From Camelus ferus (lineage: Eukaryota), in assembly GCF_009834535.1 (NCBI RefSeq), contig NC_045725.1:19840001-19904000 (forward strand): a stretch of 64,000 bases of DNA. Reading direction: 5' to 3'. Numbering within the stretch: the first letter of the stretch is position 1; each line of letters begins with the position of its first letter. Position numbers and translations under genes: made by a program. Shown piece by piece: positions 25,359 through 36,706 of the stretch. Under the pieces are notes generated by a model that was not told where the DNA came from, ran no database searches, and saw only the letters and a list, made by a program, of their open reading frames with translations.

Positions 25359-28300
25359 CGGGGCAAGGTCCTCCTCATAGGGAAGGTTCAAATCCTGAGC
25401 TGCAACGGATACTTCAGTGTTAGGAGACGGGGGCGGCGGGGGCGGTTGGAGGGGAGAGTGATTCTGGAAGTAGAGCTGAAGGGAGCAGCTCAGGGGATCT
25501 GGAAAGCAGAAGAGTCCCCCAGATCTTCCACTTAATTTCTTAATTAGCTAACTCTTACGCTCAAAGATAGCCCCTCTAAACTAATAATTAAATGTTAAAT
25601 TCTTCTAATTCACTAAGGAGCTACCTTATGGACTATCAACAGGTAAAAATATCTGTCTCTCTGTCTCTGTCACTGTCTCTCTCTCTTTCATTTCTAAAAG
25701 AGCAGCTGGTTGAAGGCAGTGTATCAGGAAGAAAAACAAGAGGAGAGAACCAAAACGGATAGAGTCGAACCTGTGTCTGTCCACCTGCCGTATAGAAGTT
25801 GAAACAGCAGAAGTCTGCTGTAGATAAAGATGAATTTAACAAAATACAACGTCACTGAAGATGACCTCGTGGAGCAGAGATGCCCCACAGCCAACCTTGT
25901 ACCCTGACCACTTGCATTCAACTCTTTTATAGCTCCCCTAACTGAGAGTGCAACCTATCTGCTGTGCTTCAAATAAACCCCCAAAAGGTTTTTACAAAAT
26001 CGTTTTTAAAAAATCCCTGAAGAGTGCAAAGGAGAGGTGGGAGGGGTAGACATTGGGGATGAGGGCCCTTCATCTTTTGAGAGTCAAAGTCCGAGCTCAA
26101 GGCTTTTCCAGCTCTGCTCCAGCTCTGCGAGCGTACCTAGAGTTGTCAAAGTCCAGAAAGACGAGGCAATCAGACCATCATTGTGGGCTGCCCCAGATGC
26201 AGAATGCCCACGAGGCCACTGCCTTCCAGCTCATCCCCGGAAGACAAAGCTGTCTTTTTTTGAGAAGAACGTGAGGAGCCATATTCAATCTCCATCTGCA
26301 TTCGTGACCAACAAGCAGGAGCAGGGCCAGGACAGAGCCTGAGACTGGCCACCGTCTCTCCAACACTGACACCTACAGCTGATCAGTCAGACCAGGACAG
26401 CAGCCTCCGCCTCCCGCCAGCTGCCAGGTCTCTCAAGAAGCACAATGGGTCCCCATCTAGGGAATCCCCACGGCAGGGCCGAATGACCATGTCACCAGGA
26501 TGCCAGCCAATCACTGAATCCCTAAGGCTTGGGACACTCCTGTTCCCTCCTCTGCCCGTATCTTATCACGCCCATAGACTCTACTCAGGGGCACCAAGAG
26601 CACCAGCATGACACAGCCTTGGACCCTCCGGTCACTACGAACTCCTCACCTGTGGTCCAGCTGATACCAAAACAGGTGCCTTCTGACAGAAAGCTGTCCA
26701 TCTTCCGAATTCTTTCCTAAGCATAAAAATCCAAGAGGCACAACCACCATAACATCTGGGTCAAATGTCAATTTGCAGTATATGATTTTGTAGTTTTCCC
26801 CAAATTTCACCAGCACTGAGTATGAAAGCAACATCTTCTATGAAAAACAATCAAATGATACAGGAGGGTGTCAAGGAAAAAGAAAAAGTGATTTGCACAT
26901 ATGTGAAAACCTAGGAGGTCGCTGCAGGCAAACCTAGTTCTTCCCCAAGCCTGGGTTCAGAGCGGTGCTGGGAGTGGCTCTGGGACCACGTCATTTCCAA
27001 CTCTTTCAACAGCTGAAGCCCTGGGAGGGTCTAGCCCCCTGTCATGCAGTCTCCCCTGTCCCCTGAGCATTCCTGGAGAGATGGGGACCTGACGGGGGCT
27101 TGGAACAGCAAGAGTAGCCAAGTCACAGAGGCTGAGGGAACACTGGCTTGCCACCTTACACATCTCTTCTCAGAGCCCCTGATACGCAGACCATTTTTAC
27201 ACTAGAACAGAAAAGAAATGAAGGCAATCATTGCCACAAAGGAGGAAGTTATGATTAAGGAAAAACTTGGGCGGCAGAGGGGTCAGGACTGGAGGGAGGT
27301 CTGACCACCTCACTGTTCCTCTCAAGAGCATGTCTAGTTCAGGTTCTCCTGGATTCTCGCCTTGGCTGCTATGAGGCTTTTATTCTCTAAGTTCATCCCT
27401 TTTTTTTTTTTTTTTTCTCTTGAGAACACGGCACATGCGTGAGCTCTTGCTAGGGGCAAATGGACCTTCTAGGAATCACATCGACTGAAAACAGAGTATT
27501 GAACGTCCCGCTGGGCCAGGCTCGCAGTTTGGTTCTGACCAGAACAATGGGCGTCTTATCAGTCCTCTGGGATGCTGAAGACACGCCAGGCTCTCCCCAG
27601 TTCCGTGAGGGCTGCCTGACACCCTATCTTGCACACTTGCTTCTTAGTTGCTGTAAAGCTTTTACATATTTAGGGAGCTTTTCCATCAGAATATTCTGGA
27701 ATGGCTAGAGGCTCAGACATGTTAATGATATCTGCACACGTGTGCTTTTTATCCAAGTTCACAGCTCCTGGTCACCGAGGGTAAACAGTGTTATCAGTGA
27801 TTATTACAGATTTAGTCAAGTATATTTCATTCCTGTCATTTACAAGCACTTGCGTTGGCTGGTATTTACGATGTCAGGATTCTGTCACTTTGGCAACCTT
27901 CTGAGACAACATTTTTCCAGTGTTACAGTGACATTTCAAAAACTCAGTATTTACAAGCAAACGACACCCTCTGGCTCCGTGACGGTGCGATTCAGTGGTA
28001 GCTGAACAAAGGGACACTCGTCTAGAAATTTCTTCAGGATGTATTTCCAGCCACTACTGGCTATTACTGCTTCATGGTGGAGGGTGGCCCTGCATCCTTT
28101 GGAAGAAAGAGGCTACAAAAACATCAAGGGAAACTGTCATTGTTACACGCCACTGGAATCTGAACTGTTCTGTATGGGTTCAGATGAATGAGATCTGCTG
28201 TGTGATGCTGACAAGTTTCTGAACCTCTCTGAGTTTTAGTTTCCAGTTTGTTACTAAATGGCACTGGGCACCAAGTGACATTAGGTCCCTTTTGACTTTA

Positions 28301-29329
28301 ACTTGCTGTCCTTATGGATTTCAATATTATACCCAGAAGCTAAACCCATTAGCATCACTAATTTTTCCCATGTCCCACCTCAAGGTTCCGAGGAAAAGAA
28401 TCCCGTGCAGGAAACATGAAGAAGCAAATTATCATCCACTCAACTCATCCCCGTCTTCCCTGTTCCTACCCGTCCCCTGCCAAGCAAGATGGACCAGGGG
28501 GAGAGAGGGAGGATGCAGCCTGGGGACCAAGACGCAGGTGGCTTTACACTGAGCTCTGAGGCTTTTCCATCTCAGGTGGACCGTGGTTTCTCAACATTAC
28601 CAGGGTCCTTTCACCAGCGGAGCAGAGAGCTGTTCCCACTGACAGGTAACAAACAAGGCAGGAAGTATGCACCACATGGTACAGACTTCATAGTGACCTG
28701 TGCAGCCCTCTGAAGACAATGCTCTTGGTAAATATCACTGGGTTCATCACACCATCTTCAGAAAGGCAGTCTTCCCTACTGACAGAAGCAGGTCCCAGTG
28801 CAGTAACCTGGACGGTACCGAAGTGAGCAGTGAGAAGAGAGCTGAAGCCATCCATGTGACGGCTCTGTGGGCCACTGGCGATGACCTCCACCAACTTGAC
28901 CCAAGGACAGAGAAGCAAGAGAGAAAATGATGAATCTGGAGCCAAAGGACCTTGTCCCCTAGTCCCGCCTCCGCCCCTTACTATTACTAGTGACAAAAGC
29001 GCTCTGAGTCTCTGTCATTATCAGCAAAATGGGGATTAAAAACCATTCCTAGCTCTCTGGGCTTACAAGTTCTATCACCTGTTACTGCTGTTGGTTCATT
29101 TCTTCGTTTACTCATCCAGCCACTGACACTCAGAGTGGCCCCTTCAGGCCTGGGGGACAGAGATGACAGGCCTAGTCCTTGGCCTCCTCTGGCTGTAGGG
29201 AGCATGACACCTGTTCAGGGAGAGCAGTGCATTGGAGGCTACCCGAGCACGGAAGACACCACCTTGCTCTGGCCTGGGTGGAGCATGGCGCATCGCTGGA
29301 GGACACAATGCATGAGCTGGTTCTTGGAC

Positions 29330-29800
29330 AAAGGTGTGAGCCACCTGCCAAAGGCATATAAGGAGAGGAGCAGGTGGACCGGATGAAGCTATTCCAGGCC
29401 AATGGAAGGGCTCTCGTAAAGACAGCGAGAGCCATGAACAAGCCCTCAAGGGGAATACAAGCAGCTCAGTGTGGCTGGAAAGTGAGATGAGTGGTGAGTG
29501 TGATGAGTGAAGGAAAAGGCTGGAGGCCACGACAAGGGCCAGGCTCTCCAGAGCCCGCACATCGTGCTAAGGTTGGGTCCCCGCAGCCATGGGAGGATGC
29601 CGAGCAAGGGCGTGACAGCATCAGGACTTTTTGGAGACAATCACTCCAGCGGGCTCGTGAGAGTGAGAAGGTGCGGCTGGAGGGAAGGAGCACATGGGAG
29701 ACAGCGAGAGTGGTGGCCGGGACTCAGGGGATGGGGCAGGCTTTTTGGTACAGGAATCAGAATTGACAAAATCTGCACACTGAGGACTTACAAGGGTCGT
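29330..29800 (-). mobile_element. LINE-2 fragment
   Basis: TATTCCAGGCC...CAGCTCAGTGTGGCTGGAAAGTGAG...GGGCCAGG...ATCACTCCAGCGG...GGCTGGAGGGAAGG is colinear with the reverse-complement L2 3' region. Confidence 0.6.
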
Positions 29801-32039
29801 CGAGACAGAGTAGTCTAGGATGGCGGCTGGCGGTCAGTCACCAAGCCTACAGACACAGATGGAAAGAAGCATCCTGAGAGGACGTTCAACCAATCAGATT
29901 CAAGCTCAAAAGCGCAATTATCTCACTGGTAATTGCCGAATTTTACCTAAAATATATCTAAATAGATGTAAGAATATAAATGTGAGAAGTATGTGTTATA
30001 GCCTCAAACTAGGTGACTGTATTATTATTACTTGGGGGGGGGCTGGTAAAGGTGTTGTTCCATAATAAATATTTGTTAAACACTCAAATGAAGGTGTGGT
30101 GCAGTGTATTATTGTTGAGTGCTCTGGTACGTTCCGATCGCTGGCTGAGGTTCTACAGAGCTGACTGAGGATGTGGCATTCTATTTCTAGAACAATACGG
30201 ATAAAAATCTAGAGCACAGACAGAATTATCTGTACCAGGTAACTATGGGAGACATGTCGGATGGAGCTCCACAGGCGACTTCAATCTTGGCATCGGTGAG
30301 TAAATCCGAAGGCAAACTATGAAGTTTCAGGGGATAGGACAGTTACCTAGGCTATAATGAGCTGAAAATCTGCTTTGTTATGAAGTATGAAATGGAGACA
30401 GTCTGGCTTCCAAGAATGATAGGGTGGCTGTGTTTTCTGCAAAAGGGAGTCGAGAAGAAGTTCTCCTAGACATAAGTCAAAGAATAATTCCTTCCTCAAT
30501 CTACAAAACGCCAAGCTTAAATAGTCTTTCTACTGGCAAAATGGCACGTGGGGTTTGCGTTCTGAAAACAAATTCAAGCAAATCTTACTCAGAAGCTAAG
30601 TGGGAGTAGGACTGAGAGAAATCGGTCCATGTTGTTGACTCCTCTGGGCTGAGACGGTTAAATGTCAAGAGATGCAGAAAGACTCCTTGAGGGACAACGT
30701 CATAGGAGTGGTGGCTGTTGACATCCTTCTTTGCCACATGTCACTGTCCGTGGCACATCTTTTACCACCACTGATGTTGCGTTGTGCCAGTCACTCTACA
30801 CATGACAGTTCTGAATTGCAGAGTTCAGTATGACACACAGACTTCACAGTTCAAAAGTACTGGTAATAGATAGTTGCACAGATGTGAACCACGTTCAAGG
30901 TAAGAAAGTTCAGTTGATGGGGACTTCAAAGGAGTGGTATGGCCTGAATTAAGCTGTGTTCCCCAACTTGTATGTGAGTTTTGTGAGAAGTTTGTTTAGA
31001 ATTTATAATGCATTTTTCTGCTGAAAAAAAAAGAAACTTGTAAAGTTGAAATACTTCTAAGATCTTGAATTCTGATCCTCTTGGGGTTTTGGATCCTCAT
31101 TGTAAGCAACGACCCCCTCAAGACTCTAGGACTCAGGATTGTACTCTCACTAAACCTGAATCCCTTTGAAACATAAGAAGAAGGGCAGAAAACACCCTTG
31201 TTGATCATAGACTGAGCGAAATCTCACTGGCCCAGGCAACCCCCACTGGAACAAACGAGCACTGGTTTTAATCAAAATTCTTATCAAAAATAGAAAATTC
31301 ATCATTTAAACATGCAACTGTTTATAATCCTGACTGGTGATCAATAGTGCTAACCTGATTTTCTAGCTTCTTTACAGCAACTATCACTGATACACCTTGA
31401 CTTCATCCAGTGAAACTCTACTTTTCAACTGTCTTCAGAGGATCTATTTTCTGAGTCTACACTTTGGGGACAGGGACCCGTCTCTCATCTCCTCCATCCA
31501 TTTCACACACAGTCCTTTCGCATAACACAACACATTCCTCCTATGAAACGAGGTACCGAGTAACCTTCGTATCTTCCCCAAAGGGTATATCATTTTCTTC
31601 CTGTTCATACAGTGGGCATCCTATCATCAGGTTTTTCCATGGTAAAAATATGAAGCAAATGCACAAACTTTTCTTCTTTGCTAATCACTGTCTCAGTGGC
31701 AGGATTAACTCACTATGACTAACTATACAGATAGCCCCCCACACCTGAAGTGAGAACAAAGTTATGCTTGGTTTATTTCACTGAGTATTTTACTATTGTT
31801 CCTATTTGGATTAAAATTATTTTTTAGGCATCACGACGGAGCCAATCTTCAACAAAATATAAATGTTAAGGTAAGGGATGTAACACAATAGGAATCCACC
31901 TCTATGAGCTTTGTCATGATCTACTAGCTCATCCCCCTTCATCGTCTTTCCTATTTTGCTATTAGGATAATCAAACGGATCTAAGAGAGGCTTGTAAAAA
32001 TCTCTATCAGAGCACAAGATGAGTTAAGGTTTTGATCCA

Positions 32040-32172
32040 GGGGAAGGGTATACCTCAAGTGGTAGAGCACATGCTTAGCATACAGAAGGTCCTGGGTTCA
32101 ATCCCCAGTACCTCCTCTAAAAATAAATAAATAAACCTAGTTACCCCCCCCCAAAAAAAAAGAAAGAAAAAA
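32040..32172 (+). mobile_element. tRNA-Ala-derived camelid SINE (Vic-1-like), full length
   Basis: GGGGAAGGGTATACCTCAAGTGGTAGAGCACATGCTTAGCATACAGAAGGTCCTGGGTTCAATCCCCAGTACCTCC, then the tail TAAAAATAAATAAATAAACCTAGTTACCCCCCCCC and polyA. Confidence 0.92.
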
Positions 32173-33250
32173 GATTTCGTAGTCTCTACTTCTATTTAAT
32201 TGTCATTTCAGAATTAAAGGTACATGCTAGGGTCCTTTCTTTTCAACTTTATGTATCCTGTGTTGATGGTAGCTATATTTTCAATGTTTCCTTCCAGTAG
32301 CTTACAAGGTTCTTTTTTGTTTTTTATAGATATGTAAAAGATGAGGGGAGAAGGAAAACAAAAGTGAGAAAAAAGGAAAGTGACTTATCATCAGAGTATG
32401 AGAAAAGCTCGCTACTTAGCTGAATAAAAATAACATATTTAGCAATTTGTAACATAAGAATAAAATGAACTCACTGGGGCTCAGGAGGTCTGCAATATGA
32501 TCCTTGCAAAAGGTATCTTGCCAATTTAATTGAGGTAGGAGTTATTTAATTTTTTTACAGGTATAGTTTTCAATAAAACTACATATGCCTATAATACTGC
32601 AATGGCAGATGTGCCTCGATTATTAGAGGTGAGCTCAAGGGAATATACACAATGGATCCTGAAATCTGTAAGCAGCTGTTGGGGGGGGTGTAACGATGGG
32701 GGAGGGCACTGTACCACACACATGTTCCTTAAGTGCAGCAATGTTTTGTTATTTTACTGCAGGTGTATTACAGAGATGAAATTTAATAACTTACTGTACA
32801 CAATACCAATAAAACTGAAAAGATTCAGTGCCCTGCTGTTCATTATCGCGGTACAAATGAGCTCGGATTATTCTGTGTGCATGTATGGTCAAACCTCGGC
32901 ACACAGAGGCCCCCACGTCGAAAGCTCTGGAGGATGGTCACTGCTTGAAAACCTCAGTGATGTTTCTTCCTTAACTGCTTTCTCATCAGTGAATTACCAT
33001 CCCAAAGTTACATAAACGTGGCTTTGAGGTGGGTTAAAAATAAGATACATTTGGTATTTTTTAAGACATCATAGAAAGCCTTCACTGGAAGAGGTCTTTT
33101 GAAAGGGGAGGATAGTGGAATCAGGGGATATATATAGATTTCCTTAAGTACCTTAAGAATATGACAGTGATAATATATTTATTCAACAAAATTTAGGGAA
33201 CTGCCAATCTAAAGATGCTATCCCACCAAAATTTGGCTTCTCCCTTTATC

Positions 33251-33334
33251 TTATTTATTTATTTATTTACTTACTTACTTACTTACTTACTTATTATTGA
33301 AGTATAGTTAATTACAATGTGTCAATTTCTGATG
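33251..33334 (-). mobile_element. Very short LINE-1 3' terminus with a (TAAA)n/(TAAG)n microsatellite tail
   Basis: TTATTGAAGTATAGTTAATTACAATGTGTCAATTTCTG is the reverse complement of an L1 3' end. It is preceded on + by (TTTA)n(CTTA)n. Confidence 0.65.
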
Positions 33335-34907
33335 AAATGTCTGACAAAATAGAAGTGCCCTACGGTGAAAAAACATTTGTGTGTTAGAGATGCTAAAGCA
33401 CATGCAACTCTGTCTTCTTGCTGGGTTTTCTTCTCCCAAGAAACTACTTGTGTTAGATAATAAATAACACAATGAACATAAACGGTTCTTGCTTCCGAAC
33501 GCTTGGTTTAGTTTATCTGTGAGTGAGAGCTTCAGTAAGGGAAACACCCACAAACATCCAGAATACACACACAATTTTTCCAAGGATGTGGTTCTTCAAT
33601 TCTAAGCGGGATGCCATCATCAGGCACAGCAGAAGACTCAAAATCTGATCCTTTCTCAAGTATTCATTTCCAAAACGATTATGGGGTGGGTTTTTTTTTG
33701 GTAATGTTCAGTGTTCCCACTATTTTAAACTTGGGGTTTCAATTGTAAGGGTTTCCGGGGACACTGCTTCGTGATGGGACCATTTCAAAAATAATCAGAT
33801 ACAAAGGAGTCAATGTTTCTGCCATTCCATATCGAAAAGTTCTTCTGATGCTGAACTGTGAGTCTGTTGTCTTTCTCTGGAAAGAAGCTATAGGGCTATA
33901 CTGAATTCCACAGGATGGGCAGGTATATTTCAACATTAAATTCTGCCAAGTACACCTCGATCACTCAAAAGGACGTATATCAATTGTTTGTTTAGTCATG
34001 AACTGATTTTCCCCTTTCTCTTTACATATCAAAAGTATAAAGGTGAACTGTAGTCCTAATTGCTACTAGTTATTAAAAACCCCTGAATACTATTCGTAAG
34101 AAAAGAGAAGTTAACCCCAATATTCTGGTGAAATTTCGTTTTGGATACCAAGACTCCATTTCTTTGGTGTGTCATAAATCACCTGAAAGCCATTTCACTG
34201 ATTTTTCATGTGTTAGCTGTCCCGAACTGTTTAAAAAACTTGCCTATACTTCTAACACATATTTGTCATTTTGTATATTTCACAAGTGTATTTCACACCA
34301 TAATCGGAAAATTACTGGGTCACTTGTAAGAGCCTGCTAAAGGTATTGTTTCTGAATGTGCTTCTGTGTCATTTTTGTATTTTGGGAACAATAATTTGAT
34401 CTATGAGGAATCCAAACAATTGTGGAATAGCAAACCATGTTCTGCCTACACGGCACAAAAAGCAAGTCTCAAATATAATCTATACATTTGTAAGAAAGTG
34501 CTCATTCTGTTGCTGAAATGTGAACTGGCATATTCTACCCCAGCCTTTTCACAGGAAATCTTCATTGGTTTTAATGAAATAGCACATGCTAATTTTGAGG
34601 ATGTGACAGAATAGATTATTCATATAGACACATGTGCTTTATTTTAAAAAAGGAAAAAAAACAAAAAAACAAAAAAGGCCTGGCTGCAAGAAGCCGTGTG
34701 GCCTGCCTTCCTCTCCGCCTCCCCCACCGACCGTGTTCAGCGTTCTAGTTCACCCTGGGAAGCTCCTCTGTTCTAGGTACCAAGTTAGACCCAGATTCTC
34801 CAGCAGGGCCTGGAATCTATTGAAAATGGTTTTCCAGACGGGCTCTCCTACTGACCTCCGAGTTCAGAAGCCTCATCATGAGCTTGGGCACCAGGGAACC
34901 CAAGTTG

Positions 34908-35050
34908 GAAAAGCACTGGCTTTAAAACCAGACATTTTAGGAGTCCAAATCCTGGCTCTGAAACTGAGTTGGGGTGTGATCTTGGGCCTGTTCCCTTTAC
35001 TTCTCTGAGCATCATTTTCTTAATCATCAAGTAAAGATAGCAATAATCCC
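34908..35050 (+). mobile_element. MIR SINE
   Basis: GGAAAAGCACTGGCTTTAAAACCAGAC...CAAATCCTGGCTCTG...TGTGATCTTGGGC...CTTCTCTGAGCATCATTTTCTTAATC...GATAGCAATAAT. Confidence 0.7.
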
Positions 35051-35719
35051 CCGGGCGTGTACACCGGCCCCCTAATATTAGTCCCCCAGGCTTCCTCTAG
35101 ATCAAGCCCAGACCAAACGTTCAGAAATTCATTCACTTCGACATTCATGCATCAGTCACGTCCGGGTTGTGAAAGGATGTGTGGATCCGCTGTCTCACTG
35201 ACCCTTGGCAGAGCAACCACACTGGGCATCACAGTGACCCACGGACGATCAGCCCTGTGGGATCTTTAAGAACAGATACCAGAATACACAGGAGCAATCT
35301 GAGAATTTAGAAAAACTCTGGTGCTTATGGTAAGATTAATCTAACAGCTAGGGGTACAGAGATTGTCACAAGGTTCCAAATTTCAGTAAAAGAACATTAG
35401 TGTTTATGTGCAAGGAAACAGAACCTATAATTACCTCCTTCCTCCTGCAATTAAAGCATTTCTGACCATTATTAGCCTGAGCCATAAGCTATTTTTCTTA
35501 TCAATAGACCTTAAGGAATTTGAAGGATGCTTTAATGCTTCCAGTATCCTCCCGGTAAGGAACCATACTTAAAGCAAGGATTATTAACATTATACTTGTG
35601 TATGTGTGAACACTTCAACTGACAGCACTGAAATGAACAATGAAAGAAAGATTTTTAAAGAAGAACGTCTGCTCTACATGTAGAAAAACTGTTTTTTTTT
35701 TTTTTTAAATTACTAGTTC

Positions 35720-36560
35720 AAAACCCTCTGATTCAGGCAAGTATCATCAATGCAAAACAGGGGAACAGGGATATATGCTGAGAGCTAAAGAATCAGTCCA
35801 AAGACTGTTCATTGCATAGGGGAAAAGCTTTCTTTACAACGGACAGAACTGGGGTCTCCATTTCTACCAAACAGCATGATTTGACATTATATACCTCCTG
35901 ACGAAATGCAGGATGAAGCACGGAGTATAATCTATGGAATACTCAGGCCAACATGTTTAACCTCCATCTGAATAAGCCTTTTGAACTAGTTTTCAACTTG
36001 CCGACAAGACGAGTGATAGAGGAACGAATTAAACAGCACCACAGAGAAATCATCCAACAGTTCGAGAAGGGGGCATTTTTTAAGGACAACTGGCCTGCTC
36101 TCTTTAAGGCAAATATCACTTTTTAAAAAAAATTACAGGAACTACTCTAGTTTAGAAGAAACTACAAAGAGACACAGAAACAAAGCTGCATAAACGCAAC
36201 GTCTGGGGGCTGGTGGGAAAAGCTACCGAAGACATTTTCACGGCGACACCTGAAGAAATGCGGGTCTGGATTGGGTATTAGATTAGGAAATAGCTGTTCA
36301 TCTCTTTAGGGGCGAAAACAGTATTTTAGTTAAACAGGCGAGTGTTCTTAATTTTCAGAGACACAAGATGAAAACATCTAGGGGTAAGCTCTCACCAGAC
36401 CTGCCACTGAAAAATGGTGCACTGAAAAACATACAGACTTACACACATACAAAGCAAATGTAACACATACCAACAACTGTTTAAGCCAAGTGGGGGGTAT
36501 GTGGCACTTCATTTTATTACTCTTTCAACTCCTTTGAGTATTTGAAAATTTATATTCTAC
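35720..36560 (+). mobile_element. Ancient LINE-1 3' end (L1MC4/L1ME3-like)
   Basis: CCTCCTGACGAAATGC...ATGTTTAACCTCCATCTGAATAAGCCTTT...AAGGACAACTGGCCTG...GGGTATTAGA. Same family type as 8985-9750. Confidence 0.55.
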
Positions 36561-36600
36561 TTATCTTACAGTTTATTTTCTTTATAGTAAAGGAAAAAAA

Positions 36601-36706
36601 TTTTTTTACCTTTTTTTTGTTGAGTTATAGTCATTTTACAATGTTGCGTCAAATTCCAGTGTAGAGCACAATTTTTCAGTTATACATGAACATACATACA
36701 TACATT
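36601..36706 (-). mobile_element. Young camelid-type LINE-1 3' terminus (~100 bp)
   Basis: Reverse complement reads GTATGTTCATGTATAACTGAAAAATTGTGCTCTACACTGGAATTTGACGCAACATTGTAAAATGACTATAACTCAAC plus polyA. Confidence 0.8.

Noticed and set aside
775-30910. Isolated strong plus-strand donors (e.g. CTG|GTAAGT ~780 and ~6990, TCG|GTGAGT ~30295, AAG|GTAAGA ~30900)
   Set aside because: No matching strong acceptors were noted. They illustrate the background rate of consensus donors and are a reason for caution about the minus-strand candidates as well.
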